From positions 224,001 through 288,000 of the forward strand of contig CAVYRH010000005.1 in NCBI GenBank assembly GCA_963770835.1: a DNA stretch of 64,000 nt, written 5' to 3'. A program made the translations under genes and the position numbers. This DNA comes from an uncultured Pseudomonadota bacterium (GTDB taxonomy: Bacteria > Oederibacteriota > Muellerivitia > Muellerivitales > Muellerivitaceae). The notes under the pieces are model-generated. The model was not told the origin of the DNA. It ran no database searches and saw nothing but the letters and a program-made list of their open reading frames with translations. Shown in pieces: positions 51,624 through 61,453 of this stretch (within the stretch, counting starts at the first letter, position 1; every line of letters starts with the position of its first letter).

Positions 51624-51905
51624 ATGGTTGAAAATAGGCCGCTTTTTCATGAGGCCTTCCTGCAGGTGTTTTTTCGAGTTTGGGGCGTTCTTCTAGCCCT
51701 TGCGATGTTTGCTTATGCCTTTCAACACCAAGAAATAATTTTGGCTTTGATCTCTCTCGCATTAGTTCTATTTGGAGGTTATCTATTAACGGGAAGAGCC
51801 AAAAAATATGAGAACCAGATCCGAAGAATAGTAATTATTTTTCAATTTATTTTTGTTTTTATTTTCATTGCACAATGGGTTCTATCACTCATTAACAAAA
51901 GATAA
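51624..51905 (+). CDS. Small AT-rich membrane protein (3 TM)
   Basis: GGGAGG RBS, three hydrophobic segments. Confidence 0.65.
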   Translation: MVENRPLFHEAFLQVFFRVWGVLLALAMFAYAFQHQEIILALISLALVLFGGYLLTGRAKKYENQIRRIVIIFQFIFVFIFIAQWVLSLINKR

Positions 51906-51914
51906 GGTATTATC

Positions 51915-52139
51915 ATGCCCAATAAATCAACCTTTGAAGACTCGCTCGTTAAACTCGAATCCATCGTCGAAAAGATGGAATCGGGAGACCTCAAACTCGA
52001 GGATTCCCTGAAGCTTTTTGAAGAGGGGATGAAACTAACCGCCGAGTGTAATCAGCGGTTGAATGAAATTGAAAAGAAGGTCAAAACCCTTCTCAAAACC
52101 GCAACGGCAAAATCCAAAGACGAAGAATCAAAAACCTAA
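51915..52139 (+). CDS. xseB: Exodeoxyribonuclease VII small subunit
   Basis: FEDSLVKLESIVEKMESGDLKLEDSLKLFEEG. Confidence 0.95.
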   Translation: MPNKSTFEDSLVKLESIVEKMESGDLKLEDSLKLFEEGMKLTAECNQRLNEIEKKVKTLLKTATAKSKDEESKT

Positions 52140-52157
52140 ATGAACCGGCAGAACCTT

Positions 52158-52260
52158 CACCCTCACCCCGACCCTCTCCCCTCAAGGGAGAGGGGGAAGG
52201 CTTTCAAGACTTTCGCATTCCTATCCCTCTCCCCTTGCGGGAGAGGGCAGGGTGAGGGGT
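52158..52260. repeat. REP-like double palindrome (CCCTCACCCC..CCCTCTCCC..GGGAGAGGG family)
   Basis: Two inverted CCCTCTCCC/GGGAGAGGG hairpins flanked by CCCTCACCC/GGGTGAGGG. Confidence 0.8.
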
Positions 52261-52267
52261 GATTTTT

Positions 52268-53164
52268 ATGCCTTTCAACATCGAAGCCTACCTCAAAAAA
52301 AACCGCCTTGTCGTGGACCGGGCCCTTCAACAGGTCTTTCGCAACGGTTCCAACTGCCCTAAAACCCTCTGGGCCAGCATGAAATACAGCGTCTTCGCGG
52401 GCGGCAAGCGGCTACGGCCTATCCTTTGCCTGGCCTCCGCCGAAGCCGTGGGGCTCCCTCAAGTAGAAGCCCTGCGGATCGGCTGCGCCTTGGAACTCAT
52501 CCACACCTACAGCCTCATCCACGACGATCTGCCAGCCTTGGACAACGATGATTACCGCCGGGGCCGCAAGACCAACCACAAGGTTTTCGGAGAAGCCATG
52601 GCCATATTGGCCGGTGACGGCCTCCTGACCTTGGCTTTTGAGTGGGTTTCCATTCCCACCGCCTATGATGCTTCCTACCGAAAGAATCTGCCGCAAGTCG
52701 TCCACGAACTCGGCCATTACGCTGGCTATCCAGGCATGGTGGGGGGGCAAGTCGATGACGTCCTCGCCGAAAGACAAAAGCCCACCTTGCCCAAGGTTCT
52801 TTCCATCCACCGCCGCAAAACGGGGGCCCTGTTGCTCTCTAGCGTCCGTCTTCCGGCTTTATTGGCCGGGGTTTCGCGTCCAAAGCTCAAGGCCTTTACC
52901 GACTTCGGCTGGGCGGCGGGACTGGCCTTCCAGATCGTGGACGACATCTTGAATGAAACAGGGGACAGCAAGGCCTTGGGCAAGAAGGCCGGCAGCGACC
53001 GGGAGAGGGGCAAAATGACCTATCCCGCCGCCATCGGGTTGGAAAAGTCGAAAGACGAAGTCGCGAACCTCACCCAAAAGGCGCTCCTGTCCTTGAGGCC
53101 ATTCGGACTCAAGGGAAGGCCTTTGATGGAACTGGTAATTTATATGGCCCGGAGGACGAATTAA
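52268..53164 (+). CDS. ispA: Farnesyl/geranylgeranyl diphosphate synthase
   Basis: GGKRLRP, SLIHDDLPALDNDDYRRG, KTGAL, FQIVDDIL. Confidence 0.92.
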   Translation: MPFNIEAYLKKNRLVVDRALQQVFRNGSNCPKTLWASMKYSVFAGGKRLRPILCLASAEAVGLPQVEALRIGCALELIHTYSLIHDDLPALDNDDYRRGRKTNHKVFGEAMAILAGDGLLTLAFEWVSIPTAYDASYRKNLPQVVHELGHYAGYPGMVGGQVDDVLAERQKPTLPKVLSIHRRKTGALLLSSVRLPALLAGVSRPKLKAFTDFGWAAGLAFQIVDDILNETGDSKALGKKAGSDRERGKMTYPAAIGLEKSKDEVANLTQKALLSLRPFGLKGRPLMELVIYMARRTN

Positions 53165-53166
53165 CC

Positions 53167-53622
53167 TTGAAACCCCTGGATCAAAGAGGAAGTCTTAATA
53201 TTCTTTACGTGACAACGGCGGCTTGGGCCGTTGCACAAGGATTGAAGGTTGCTATATATTATGTGCGCCATCGGAAGTTCAACTTTCGCTTGTTTGTTGG
53301 TACGGGAGGCATGCCCAGTTCCCATTCGGCTTTTGTGTGCAGCCTGGCAACCGCCATTGGGATCGAAAGCGGCTGGAATTCACCGGTTTTTTTGCTCTCC
53401 GTTGGGATGGCCCTGGTCATCATGACCGACGCGGCGGGTGTGCGCAGGGCGGCCGGTCAGCAGGCCAAAATCCTCAATGAAATCGTTGACGACATGTATA
53501 GCTCCAAGCCTGTTCCGCCTGAACGGCTGAGGGAACTGCTGGGGCACACGCCCACGCAAGTGTTTGTAGGGGCCTTTCTCGGCATAGGGCTGGCTTTCGC
53601 CTACTACGCCCTGGCAAGGTGA
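53167..53622 (+). CDS. Divergent PAP2 / DUF212 family membrane protein
   Basis: GGMPSSHSA, DAAGVRRAAG, LGHTP. Confidence 0.92.
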   Translation: MKPLDQRGSLNILYVTTAAWAVAQGLKVAIYYVRHRKFNFRLFVGTGGMPSSHSAFVCSLATAIGIESGWNSPVFLLSVGMALVIMTDAAGVRRAAGQQAKILNEIVDDMYSSKPVPPERLRELLGHTPTQVFVGAFLGIGLAFAYYALAR

Positions 53623-53627
53623 AAGGC

Positions 53628-53724
53628 AATTATAAATTTTGAGTTCTCGATTTTAAATTGTTGAGGATTTCCGCTTGGCGGAAATAGCCTTAATTTAAAA
53701 TTTAACATTCAAAATTAAAAATTC
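53628..53724. repeat. AT-rich inverted heptamer repeats around a TTCCGC-TTG-GCGGAA hairpin
   Basis: AATTATA AATTTTG AGTTCTC GATTTTA ... TTTAAAA TTTAACA TTCAAAA TTAAAAA. Confidence 0.55.
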
Positions 53725-53742
53725 GACGAAGTTGGAGAAAGA

Positions 53743-55656
53743 ATGTACGAGTACCTCGATAAAATCCAAACACCCGCCCACCTAAGGGCCCTCCCCGTGG
53801 AGGCCCTGCCTAAGGTGGCGGAGGAGTTGCGGGACTTTCTGGTGACCTCTGTTTCCCAAACGGGCGGGCACCTGGGCTCCAGCATGGGCGCGGTGGAGCT
53901 GACCTTGGCCATGCATTACGTTTACGACACCCCCCAGGACCGCATCGTGTGGGACGTGGGGCACCAGGCCTACGGCCACAAGGCTTTGACGGGCCGCCGG
54001 GATAAATTTCCCACCCTGCGCCAGTTCCAGGGCCTTTGTGGCTTTCCCAAGCGCAATGAAAGCGAATACGACACCTTCGCCGTGGGCCACGCCGGCACGG
54101 CCCTTTCGGCGGCTTTCGGCATGGCCATGGCCCGGGACATCCAAAAGAAGAATTTCCACGTCCTGGCGGTGGTGGGCGACGCCGCCATCCCCAACGGCCT
54201 TTCCATGGAGGCCTTGAACAACATCGGTGACCACCCGGAACTCAACATGACCGTCATCCTGAACGATAACGAAATGTCCATTTCCCCCAGCGTGGGGGCC
54301 ATGACCAGTTACCTCAACAAGATCTTGGCGGGCAAGTCCTATAACGAAGCCAAAACCCACGTGGAGCGCTTCATCAACGGCATCCCCAAGGTCGGGCACC
54401 AGATGCTGCAGATGACCCACCACGCGGAAGAGGCCCTGAAGGGATTCATGACCCCCGGCACCCTCTTCGAGGAACTGGGCCTCCGCTATTACGGCCCCAT
54501 CGACGGCCACGAAATCCGGACCCTGGTGGAAATCTTCAAGAAGGTCAAACAGCTGAAGGGACCCATACTCCTACATGTCGTAACCCAAAAGGGCAAGGGC
54601 TACGCGCCAGCGGAGGAAAATCCCGAGAAGTACCACGGTGTGACGGTGTTCGACAAGGAAACGGGCAAGAGCACGGCGGTGAGCGTGCCCGGCGCGGCGC
54701 CGGCTTATACCAAGGTCTTCGGTGACGCCATGATCGAACTGGCCAAGGCCAACCCGAAATTGGTGGCCATCACCGCGGCCATGCCCGACGGCACGGGCCT
54801 GAAGAAGTTCGGCGAAACCGTTCCTGACCGCTATATCGATGTGGGCATCGCGGAAGGCCACGGCGTCTGCATGGCGGCGGGGCTTGCCTGCGAGGGCATC
54901 AAGCCCGTGGTGGCGATCTATTCCACCTTCCTCCAAAGGGCCTACGACCAGATCATCCACGACGTCTGCCTGCAGAAGCTGCCGGTGGTCTTTGCGCTGG
55001 ACCGCGGCGGCCTGGTGGGAGAAGACGGTGAAACCCACCAAGGTGTTTATGACTTGTCCTATCTTCGCTGTATTCCCAATATGACGGTGATGGCGCCCTC
55101 GGACGAGAATGAACTACGCAACATGCTTTACACCGCCGTCGAGCACAATGGCCCCATTGCTTTGCGCTACCCGCGCGGCAACGGGGAAGGCGTAAAGATC
55201 GAGGAAGGCTTCAAAAAGCTGGAAATCGGCAAGGGGGAACTCCTGCAGGATGGGAAGGACTACGCCCTTCTCGCCGTGGGCCGCATGGTGGGTGTGGCCA
55301 AAGCGGTGCGCGAGATTTTGAAGAAGGAAGGCCTTGAGGGCGCGGTGGCGAATATGCGCTTCGTGAAGCCCTTGGACGAAAAATTGATTCTTTCCATATC
55401 GGAAAAGAATAAAGTGCTTCTGACCCTGGAAGAAAATTCGGTCATCGGCGGGTTCGGCAGCGCCGTCTTGGAAGCCCTCCAGAGGCACGGCGTCACCGAT
55501 TGCGCGGTGAAGTGCCTGGGCATCCCCGACCGCTACATCGAGCACGGAAAGCCCCAACTGCAGAGGGAAATGTGCGGCCTGGAGCCGGCCCAGGTGGCTG
55601 ATGCGGTCCGGAAGATGCTGAAAGACCAGCAGCCGTTGCTGGGAGTTGTGTCCTAA
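53743..55656 (+). CDS. dxs: 1-deoxy-D-xylulose-5-phosphate synthase
   Basis: GGHLGSS, DVGHQAY, NDNEMSI, GIAEGH, YSTFLQRAYDQ, DGETHQG. Confidence 0.97.
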   Translation: MYEYLDKIQTPAHLRALPVEALPKVAEELRDFLVTSVSQTGGHLGSSMGAVELTLAMHYVYDTPQDRIVWDVGHQAYGHKALTGRRDKFPTLRQFQGLCGFPKRNESEYDTFAVGHAGTALSAAFGMAMARDIQKKNFHVLAVVGDAAIPNGLSMEALNNIGDHPELNMTVILNDNEMSISPSVGAMTSYLNKILAGKSYNEAKTHVERFINGIPKVGHQMLQMTHHAEEALKGFMTPGTLFEELGLRYYGPIDGHEIRTLVEIFKKVKQLKGPILLHVVTQKGKGYAPAEENPEKYHGVTVFDKETGKSTAVSVPGAAPAYTKVFGDAMIELAKANPKLVAITAAMPDGTGLKKFGETVPDRYIDVGIAEGHGVCMAAGLACEGIKPVVAIYSTFLQRAYDQIIHDVCLQKLPVVFALDRGGLVGEDGETHQGVYDLSYLRCIPNMTVMAPSDENELRNMLYTAVEHNGPIALRYPRGNGEGVKIEEGFKKLEIGKGELLQDGKDYALLAVGRMVGVAKAVREILKKEGLEGAVANMRFVKPLDEKLILSISEKNKVLLTLEENSVIGGFGSAVLEALQRHGVTDCAVKCLGIPDRYIEHGKPQLQREMCGLEPAQVADAVRKMLKDQQPLLGVVS

Positions 55657-55670
55657 ATTAGATTTGTAAA

Positions 55671-55859
55671 CTGTCATTGCGAGGAGTGGCCGCCGAATAG
55701 GCGGACGGTTACGACGAAGCAACCTCAGTCTTAATAAGACTTACACCACCCATGAACTGGGGAGTGCGGTTGTAGTTGGCCCAAAGGGCCAACCACGGTA
55801 GGCCGAATTTCGGCCTACCGCTTCAAGCTTGCCCCGAAGTTCGTGGCTCGCAATGACAG
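55671..55859. repeat. Palindromic MITE/RPE-like element with internal GTAG-type hairpins
   Basis: 13-bp terminal inverted repeat CTGTCATTGCGAG/CTCGCAATGACAG; internal CGGTAGGCCGAA-T-TTCGGCCTACCG. Confidence 0.75.
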
Positions 55860-55883
55860 CAAATTAAATTTTGAGGTTGAATT

Positions 55884-56882
55884 TTGCTTTTTAACCGCCG
55901 TGTGGTTCTCTTCCTAATCCTGGACGCCGTGATCCTTTTGGGCTTGATGGGGGTCTTCGCGGCGGTCAACCACGCATTTGTCCCAGGGTCCTCCCAACAG
56001 CCCCCGGTCAGCGTGGCCGACACCGTCAAAATCACCCCCACTATCCAAGCCATCCCCCCAACAATCGCCGTGCGAAAACCCGCCGGGACCATCGCCGAAG
56101 CCACCACGGCCGACGTTTTCGATTTGAAGAAGATCGTCTGTAAGACCGTCAAAGTGACCGTCCATACGGTCCAGATGGGGGAGAACTACTGGACCATCGC
56201 CAAGAACAACAACCTGGACGTTTATTCCCTTATCGGTGCCAATCCCACCATGCCCTTCAGGGCCAAGATCAAACAGACCATGAACCTGCTTTCCCGCAAA
56301 GGGGTCCTGCACGTGGTGGCCAAGGGGGAGGAACTCGCCAAGATCGCCCTAGATTACGGTGTGGACGAGAAGACCCTCAAGATCGAGAACGGTATCCACT
56401 GGTGGCATAACTTGCATGAGGGGGACGTGGTTTTCATTCCCAACGCCAAACCCCTCCTCATGGTCAAGGAATGGAAGGACTATTTCAGCCGGCGGGGCAT
56501 TTTCGGCGACCCACTGGGCCATTGGGAGAAGATCAATTCGCCCTTCGGGGTCCGGGTGGATCCCCTGACGGGTGATACACGCCATCACGGGGGAGTGGAC
56601 CTGCACGCCAAATACGGCGACCCGGTTTATGCGGCAGCCAACGGCAAGGTGGTCTTCACGGGCGTCTCGGGCGGTTACGGAAACCTCATTGTGGTGGCTC
56701 ACGGCAACGGATTACAAACTTACTACGGCCATCTTTCGAAGATTTACGCCAAAACGGGCCAGCGGGTGCATCGCGGTACGCTGATCGGCCGGGTCGGGGC
56801 CACGGGGCGCGTTACGGGTCCGCATTTGCATTTCGAGATCCGCAAAAACGGACGGGCCCAGGATCCGCTGTTGTATATTTGA
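55884..56882 (+). CDS. LysM + M23 family metallopeptidase
   Basis: N-terminal TM, two LysM motifs, HGGVD, YYGHL, TGPHLHFE. Confidence 0.93.
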   Translation: MLFNRRVVLFLILDAVILLGLMGVFAAVNHAFVPGSSQQPPVSVADTVKITPTIQAIPPTIAVRKPAGTIAEATTADVFDLKKIVCKTVKVTVHTVQMGENYWTIAKNNNLDVYSLIGANPTMPFRAKIKQTMNLLSRKGVLHVVAKGEELAKIALDYGVDEKTLKIENGIHWWHNLHEGDVVFIPNAKPLLMVKEWKDYFSRRGIFGDPLGHWEKINSPFGVRVDPLTGDTRHHGGVDLHAKYGDPVYAAANGKVVFTGVSGGYGNLIVVAHGNGLQTYYGHLSKIYAKTGQRVHRGTLIGRVGATGRVTGPHLHFEIRKNGRAQDPLLYI

Positions 56883-57034
56883 TCGTCACGAAGTCCACAC
56901 CCCCGGTTAAAAATCCGTCTTTCGAAATAAAGCTGAAATTTCCGGCATATTTGGGCGCAGGTTCAAACAAGCCAGTCATTGGTCCGGATTGTGAACTTTA
57001 ATTTGTCCCCCCCTCATGATATGGTGTTGACCAC

Positions 57035-60000
57035 ATGGACCCTCGATTTATCAAAGAAAAGGGCGTTGAAACCTATACCGGCAACGAGCTGATTCTCAAG
57101 GGCGGCCTGGAAGCGGGGTTAAACCTGCTGACCGGTTACCCCGGCTCACCTGTCGCGGATGTCTTCGAAGCCGCCGCCAACGCCACCCCCTACCTCAAAG
57201 AACACGGCATCCTCGCCCAAATCGCCAACAACGAAGCCCTCTCGGCCGCAAGGCTTAACGGCGCCCAAATGGCGGGCTTGAGAGCCATTACGGTCATGAA
57301 ATCCGTAGGCTTCCACGTGGCCGCCGACGCCTTGGTAGCCGCCTCTCTTGCCAAAAAGGGCCACCAGGGGGCCGGTGTTATCGTTATCGGGGACGACCCC
57401 TGGAGCGACACCACCCAGGTTCCGGTGGATTCCCGCCGCCTGTCCGACCACCTCTTTATCCCCGTTTTGGAGCCAGCGACTTTCCAGGAGATCAAGGATT
57501 GGGTTAAGGTAGCCTTCGAGCTCTCCGAGGAAGCCGACCTCTTTATCGCCTATCTCCTCATCACCTATACGGCCGAGGGGGGCGGAAGTGTGGAAGTCTA
57601 TCCCAACCAGCCGCCCAAGGGCTTCAGCACGCTCAATAAGGCCACCCTGGACAGCTCCAAGTTCGACATCACCCATTCCATCGTCTTGCCGCCCCATACC
57701 GTGCCCCTGGAGCAGGAAGCCTTGGAAGTCAAATTCCCCCGGCTCCTGGCCGCGGCCCGCAAGAAGGGAATCAACAAGCTCATACCGCCCAGTTCTTCCT
57801 CTGGCAAAAATGATAAAGAAAAATCGGGCATGTCCCATTCTCTTCTGGATCATGAAAACAATGGAAATGGGTCGGCCAAAGGCAAGGCTCCTTTTGCCTT
57901 CATCACCGCCGGGGCCTCTTATACTTACCTGGAACAAGCCCTTTCCGAATTCGGCATGACCGGCCATTTCCCGATCTTGAAATTGGGCCTTACCTATCCG
58001 GTGGACCCCGAAGCCATCCAGGAGGTTTTGAAATACACGAACACCCTCGTCGTGGTGGAGGAGAAGCGTCGTTTCATTGAAAGCCAGGTCCGCAACATCG
58101 TCATGGATCTTCATCAATCCGGCAAGATCAAGGAAATGCCGACGGTCTGGGGCAAGACCTTCCCGGCAGACTTGACCGGCTTCCCGGCCGACCAGGGTTT
58201 GAGCCCCGCCGTGGTCATGCGCACCCTGGCCCCGCTTTTGGCGCACACCGGACTTTCGACCCCCCAGGTGAAAAAAGAAATCCAGTTCATGGACAGCCTG
58301 GAACAATTCGAGGTCGCCATCCCCAAGCGCACGGCATCCTTTTGCCCCGGCTGCCCGCACCGCGACTCTTCCTCGGTCTTCCTCCAGCTGGTGGCGGACT
58401 TCAAGGACAAGGACTACATGAAAAAAAAGCACAAGCGGGAACCGCTGGATATCCTCTTCCACGGCGACGCAGGTTGTTACGTCCTGCTCTTCATGCCCCC
58501 CAACGGGCCCCTCATGCACAACTATATCGGCATGGGCCTGGGCGGCGGCACGGGCGCGGGCCTTTCACCCTTTTCCACCAACAAGTCGGTTTGCTTCATC
58601 GGCGATTCCACCTTCTTCCACTCGGGGCTGGCTGAAATCTCGGACTCCATCAAGAACAACCAGGATGTGCTTTACGTGGTCTTGGACAACAAGACCACCG
58701 CCATGACCGGCCACCAGCCCCACCCGGGCATGGAAAAGGACCTCATGGGCAACCCCACCTTCGGGCAGGACATCGAAAAGGTGCTCCACGGCCTGACTGA
58801 GGGCGAGGATGTCTCCATCGCGCGCGTAAACCCCGAGCTTCGGGACGACTACCGGGAAATCCTGGAGGACATGATCCTGGAGCCCGGCGTGAAGTTCGTT
58901 ATCGCCGACAAGGAATGCGGCATCACCTTCCACCGCCGCAAGCGGCTGGAAGTAAGCCGCCAGAAGGCCAAAAGGGGCTATCTACCCGTGCAGAAGCGCA
59001 TCAACGTGAACGACCACACCTGTGAGTATTGCCTGGAATGCACGCGCCTGACCGGCTGCCCGGGCCTGGCCATCGAGGACAGCCTCTACGGCCCCAAGAT
59101 GTCCACCGACCTTTCCTATTGCGTGTCCGACATGGCCTGCACCCGCGTCAAGGCCTGCCCGGCTTTCGAGGAACTCACCATTATCCGCAAGCACAAATCC
59201 GCCAACCCCATCCTGCCCGACCCATCCCATCTTCCCGTGCCCGAACCCTATAAGTTCGACGAGGATTGGCGGGCCTACGTGGCGGGCGTGGGCGGCATGG
59301 GCATCGGCAGTTCCACGGCGGTTTTGGTGCGCGCGGCCCTGAAGCACGGCTACCACGTGACCTTCTGCGACAAGAAGGGAATTGCCATACGGAACGGCGG
59401 GGTTTATTCCCAAATCACCTTCTCCAAACAAAAGAAGGTGGTGGCGCCCCTCCTGCCCCAGGGCAAAGCCAACCTGCTCTTAGGGCTCGATATCCTGGAA
59501 GCGGCCCGGGGCCTGGACCCGCGCATGACCTTCCGGGTCGGGCTCCAAGGAATACACCCATTCGGTGGTCAATACCCACAAGACCCACACGATCCTGACC
59601 CTCATGGGCCTGGATGACTTTGACACCGCCCAATTGTCTGAGATCTTCAAGCGGTACACCAAGGATTACTTCGGCGCGGACATGAGCAAGATCGCAGAGG
59701 ATTACCTGGGCAACAAGGTGTTCGTGAACATCCTCCTCTTGGGCGTGGCCTTCCAACGCGGGCTTTTCCCCCTCACCCTCCACGAGATCACCGACGCCAT
59801 CAAGGACAACTTCAGCCCCAGCGCCGCCAAGCACAACATCGACGCCTTCCATTTGGGGCGGGATTTGGCCGTGCACCCCGAAAAGTACAACGCGGAAGTG
59901 CGCATGAGCTTCCAAGAAATGATGATGAAAAAAGCCTCGCTACTGGGCGGCAACCGGGCCAGTGCCTACCTCGCCATGGCGGGGGATTTCCTGCAGGTTT

Positions 60001-60665
60001 GGGAGGGGGACAAGGAAACCCGCGTGCAGTTCGTGAACCGGCTCTACGACCTGATCGAATTCGAGAATTGGCGCTATGCCCAGAAATACGTGAACCGGGT
60101 CATGGCCACCCTGAAGAAGGACACCAAAGCCGCTGAATTCTCCGGCACCAAGGCGGTCGTGAAGTACCTGCATAAGGTCATGGAAATCAAGGACGAGGTC
60201 TACGTGGCCCATCTTTTGACCAGCCCGGAGAAATATGAGAAGGACGCCCGCCGCTACAAGGTGGATTTGGCCGGTGGGGACAAGATCGTGTACAAGCACT
60301 TCAACCGCCCCGAATTCGACGTCCTGGGCATGAAAATCCGCTTTGACATGAAGAGCCGCGACTGGATGCTGAACGCCATGAAACACATGAAGTTCCTGCG
60401 CCGCTTGTTGCCCCAATGGCACAAGAAGGAAAAGGCCTTTAGGGCCTGGTATGAGGCTTTAGTGGACCGTTTTGAATACACCAGCCCCGAGATGTACGAG
60501 CGCTGGGTGGCCGCCCTTTCTCTCCCCGAGGAAGTGCGTGGATACCGTGGTATCAGGTACCCGAAGATGGAACAGGCCATGGATCAAGCCGAGAAGATCC
60601 TGTCGGGAAAAACCTCGCCCGCCGTCAATCCTACAAACTCGCCTAAACAACTTTCAAAAGTTTAA
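57035..60665 (+). pseudogene. Fused indolepyruvate/2-oxoacid:ferredoxin oxidoreductase family protein, split by one frameshift at about 59540
   Basis: GYPGSP, FCPGCPHR, GDSTFFHSG, TTAMTG, CEYCLEC, GVGGMG in 57035-59617; continues in the next frame (SKEYTHSVVNT...KDEVYVA) to 60665. Confidence 0.75.
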
Positions 60666-60695
60666 GCGCGTAAGATTCTTTTGATAAAACCCATC

Positions 60696-61436
60696 ATGCT
60701 CCGGCCTAAACTAAAGCAAATCCTTCTTCTTCTCCTTTTTTTGATCGCCATTGGCCTTTCTCCCAAACCCACATTCCCATTCCTTGAATCTGTTCTTAAT
60801 GCCCAGCCGACGCCAAATTTTCAAGATCCTGCCTTGGAAACCACGTTTAAGAAATATCCAATTGTCACTCCTAAAAAACTGGAACTTACCAAAGAATACT
60901 GCCAACAGCATTACGGATTGGATTCTTACAAGCTTGAAAATCCACAAATGATTGTCATTCATGACACTGAGATATCCACTCTTAAAGCATCATTACAGGC
61001 CTTCAAAGCCGATGAGGTCCTAGGTTTCAGGAAGGAGTTGGTCGGACATGGCAGGGTAAATGTTGGAATTCATTTTGTCGTGGACCAAAACGGGGATATT
61101 TATAGCCTTCTTCCAACCAATATCGTCGGCCGGCATGTCATCGGGTTTAACCATGTTGCCCTGGGGATTGAAAACGTGGCGAGTGACGAAAACCACTTAA
61201 CGGCCCAACAAGTGGAGGCTGACGTTAAGCTTGTGGAAATTCTGGTCAAAAAATTTCCGTCGGTTCAATATATGATCGGCCATTACGAATACATGCACAC
61301 CGAATTACCGCATTTCAAGCTCTTCAAAGAGCTGGAAAAAGATTACAAACCCACGATTAAAAGTGACCCGGGTGGAAAATTCATGCATGATTTGAGGGAA
61401 GGGCTGAAAAAGGACGGTTTAACTTTACAAGATTAA
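60696..61436 (+). CDS. N-acetylmuramoyl-L-alanine amidase (Amidase_2 type)
   Basis: IVIHDT, HFVVDQNG, RHVIGFN, GIENV, GHYE, KSDPG; N-terminal TM/signal. Confidence 0.88.
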   Translation: MLRPKLKQILLLLLFLIAIGLSPKPTFPFLESVLNAQPTPNFQDPALETTFKKYPIVTPKKLELTKEYCQQHYGLDSYKLENPQMIVIHDTEISTLKASLQAFKADEVLGFRKELVGHGRVNVGIHFVVDQNGDIYSLLPTNIVGRHVIGFNHVALGIENVASDENHLTAQQVEADVKLVEILVKKFPSVQYMIGHYEYMHTELPHFKLFKELEKDYKPTIKSDPGGKFMHDLREGLKKDGLTLQD

Positions 61437-61453
61437 ATATAAGTGAGGCATTT

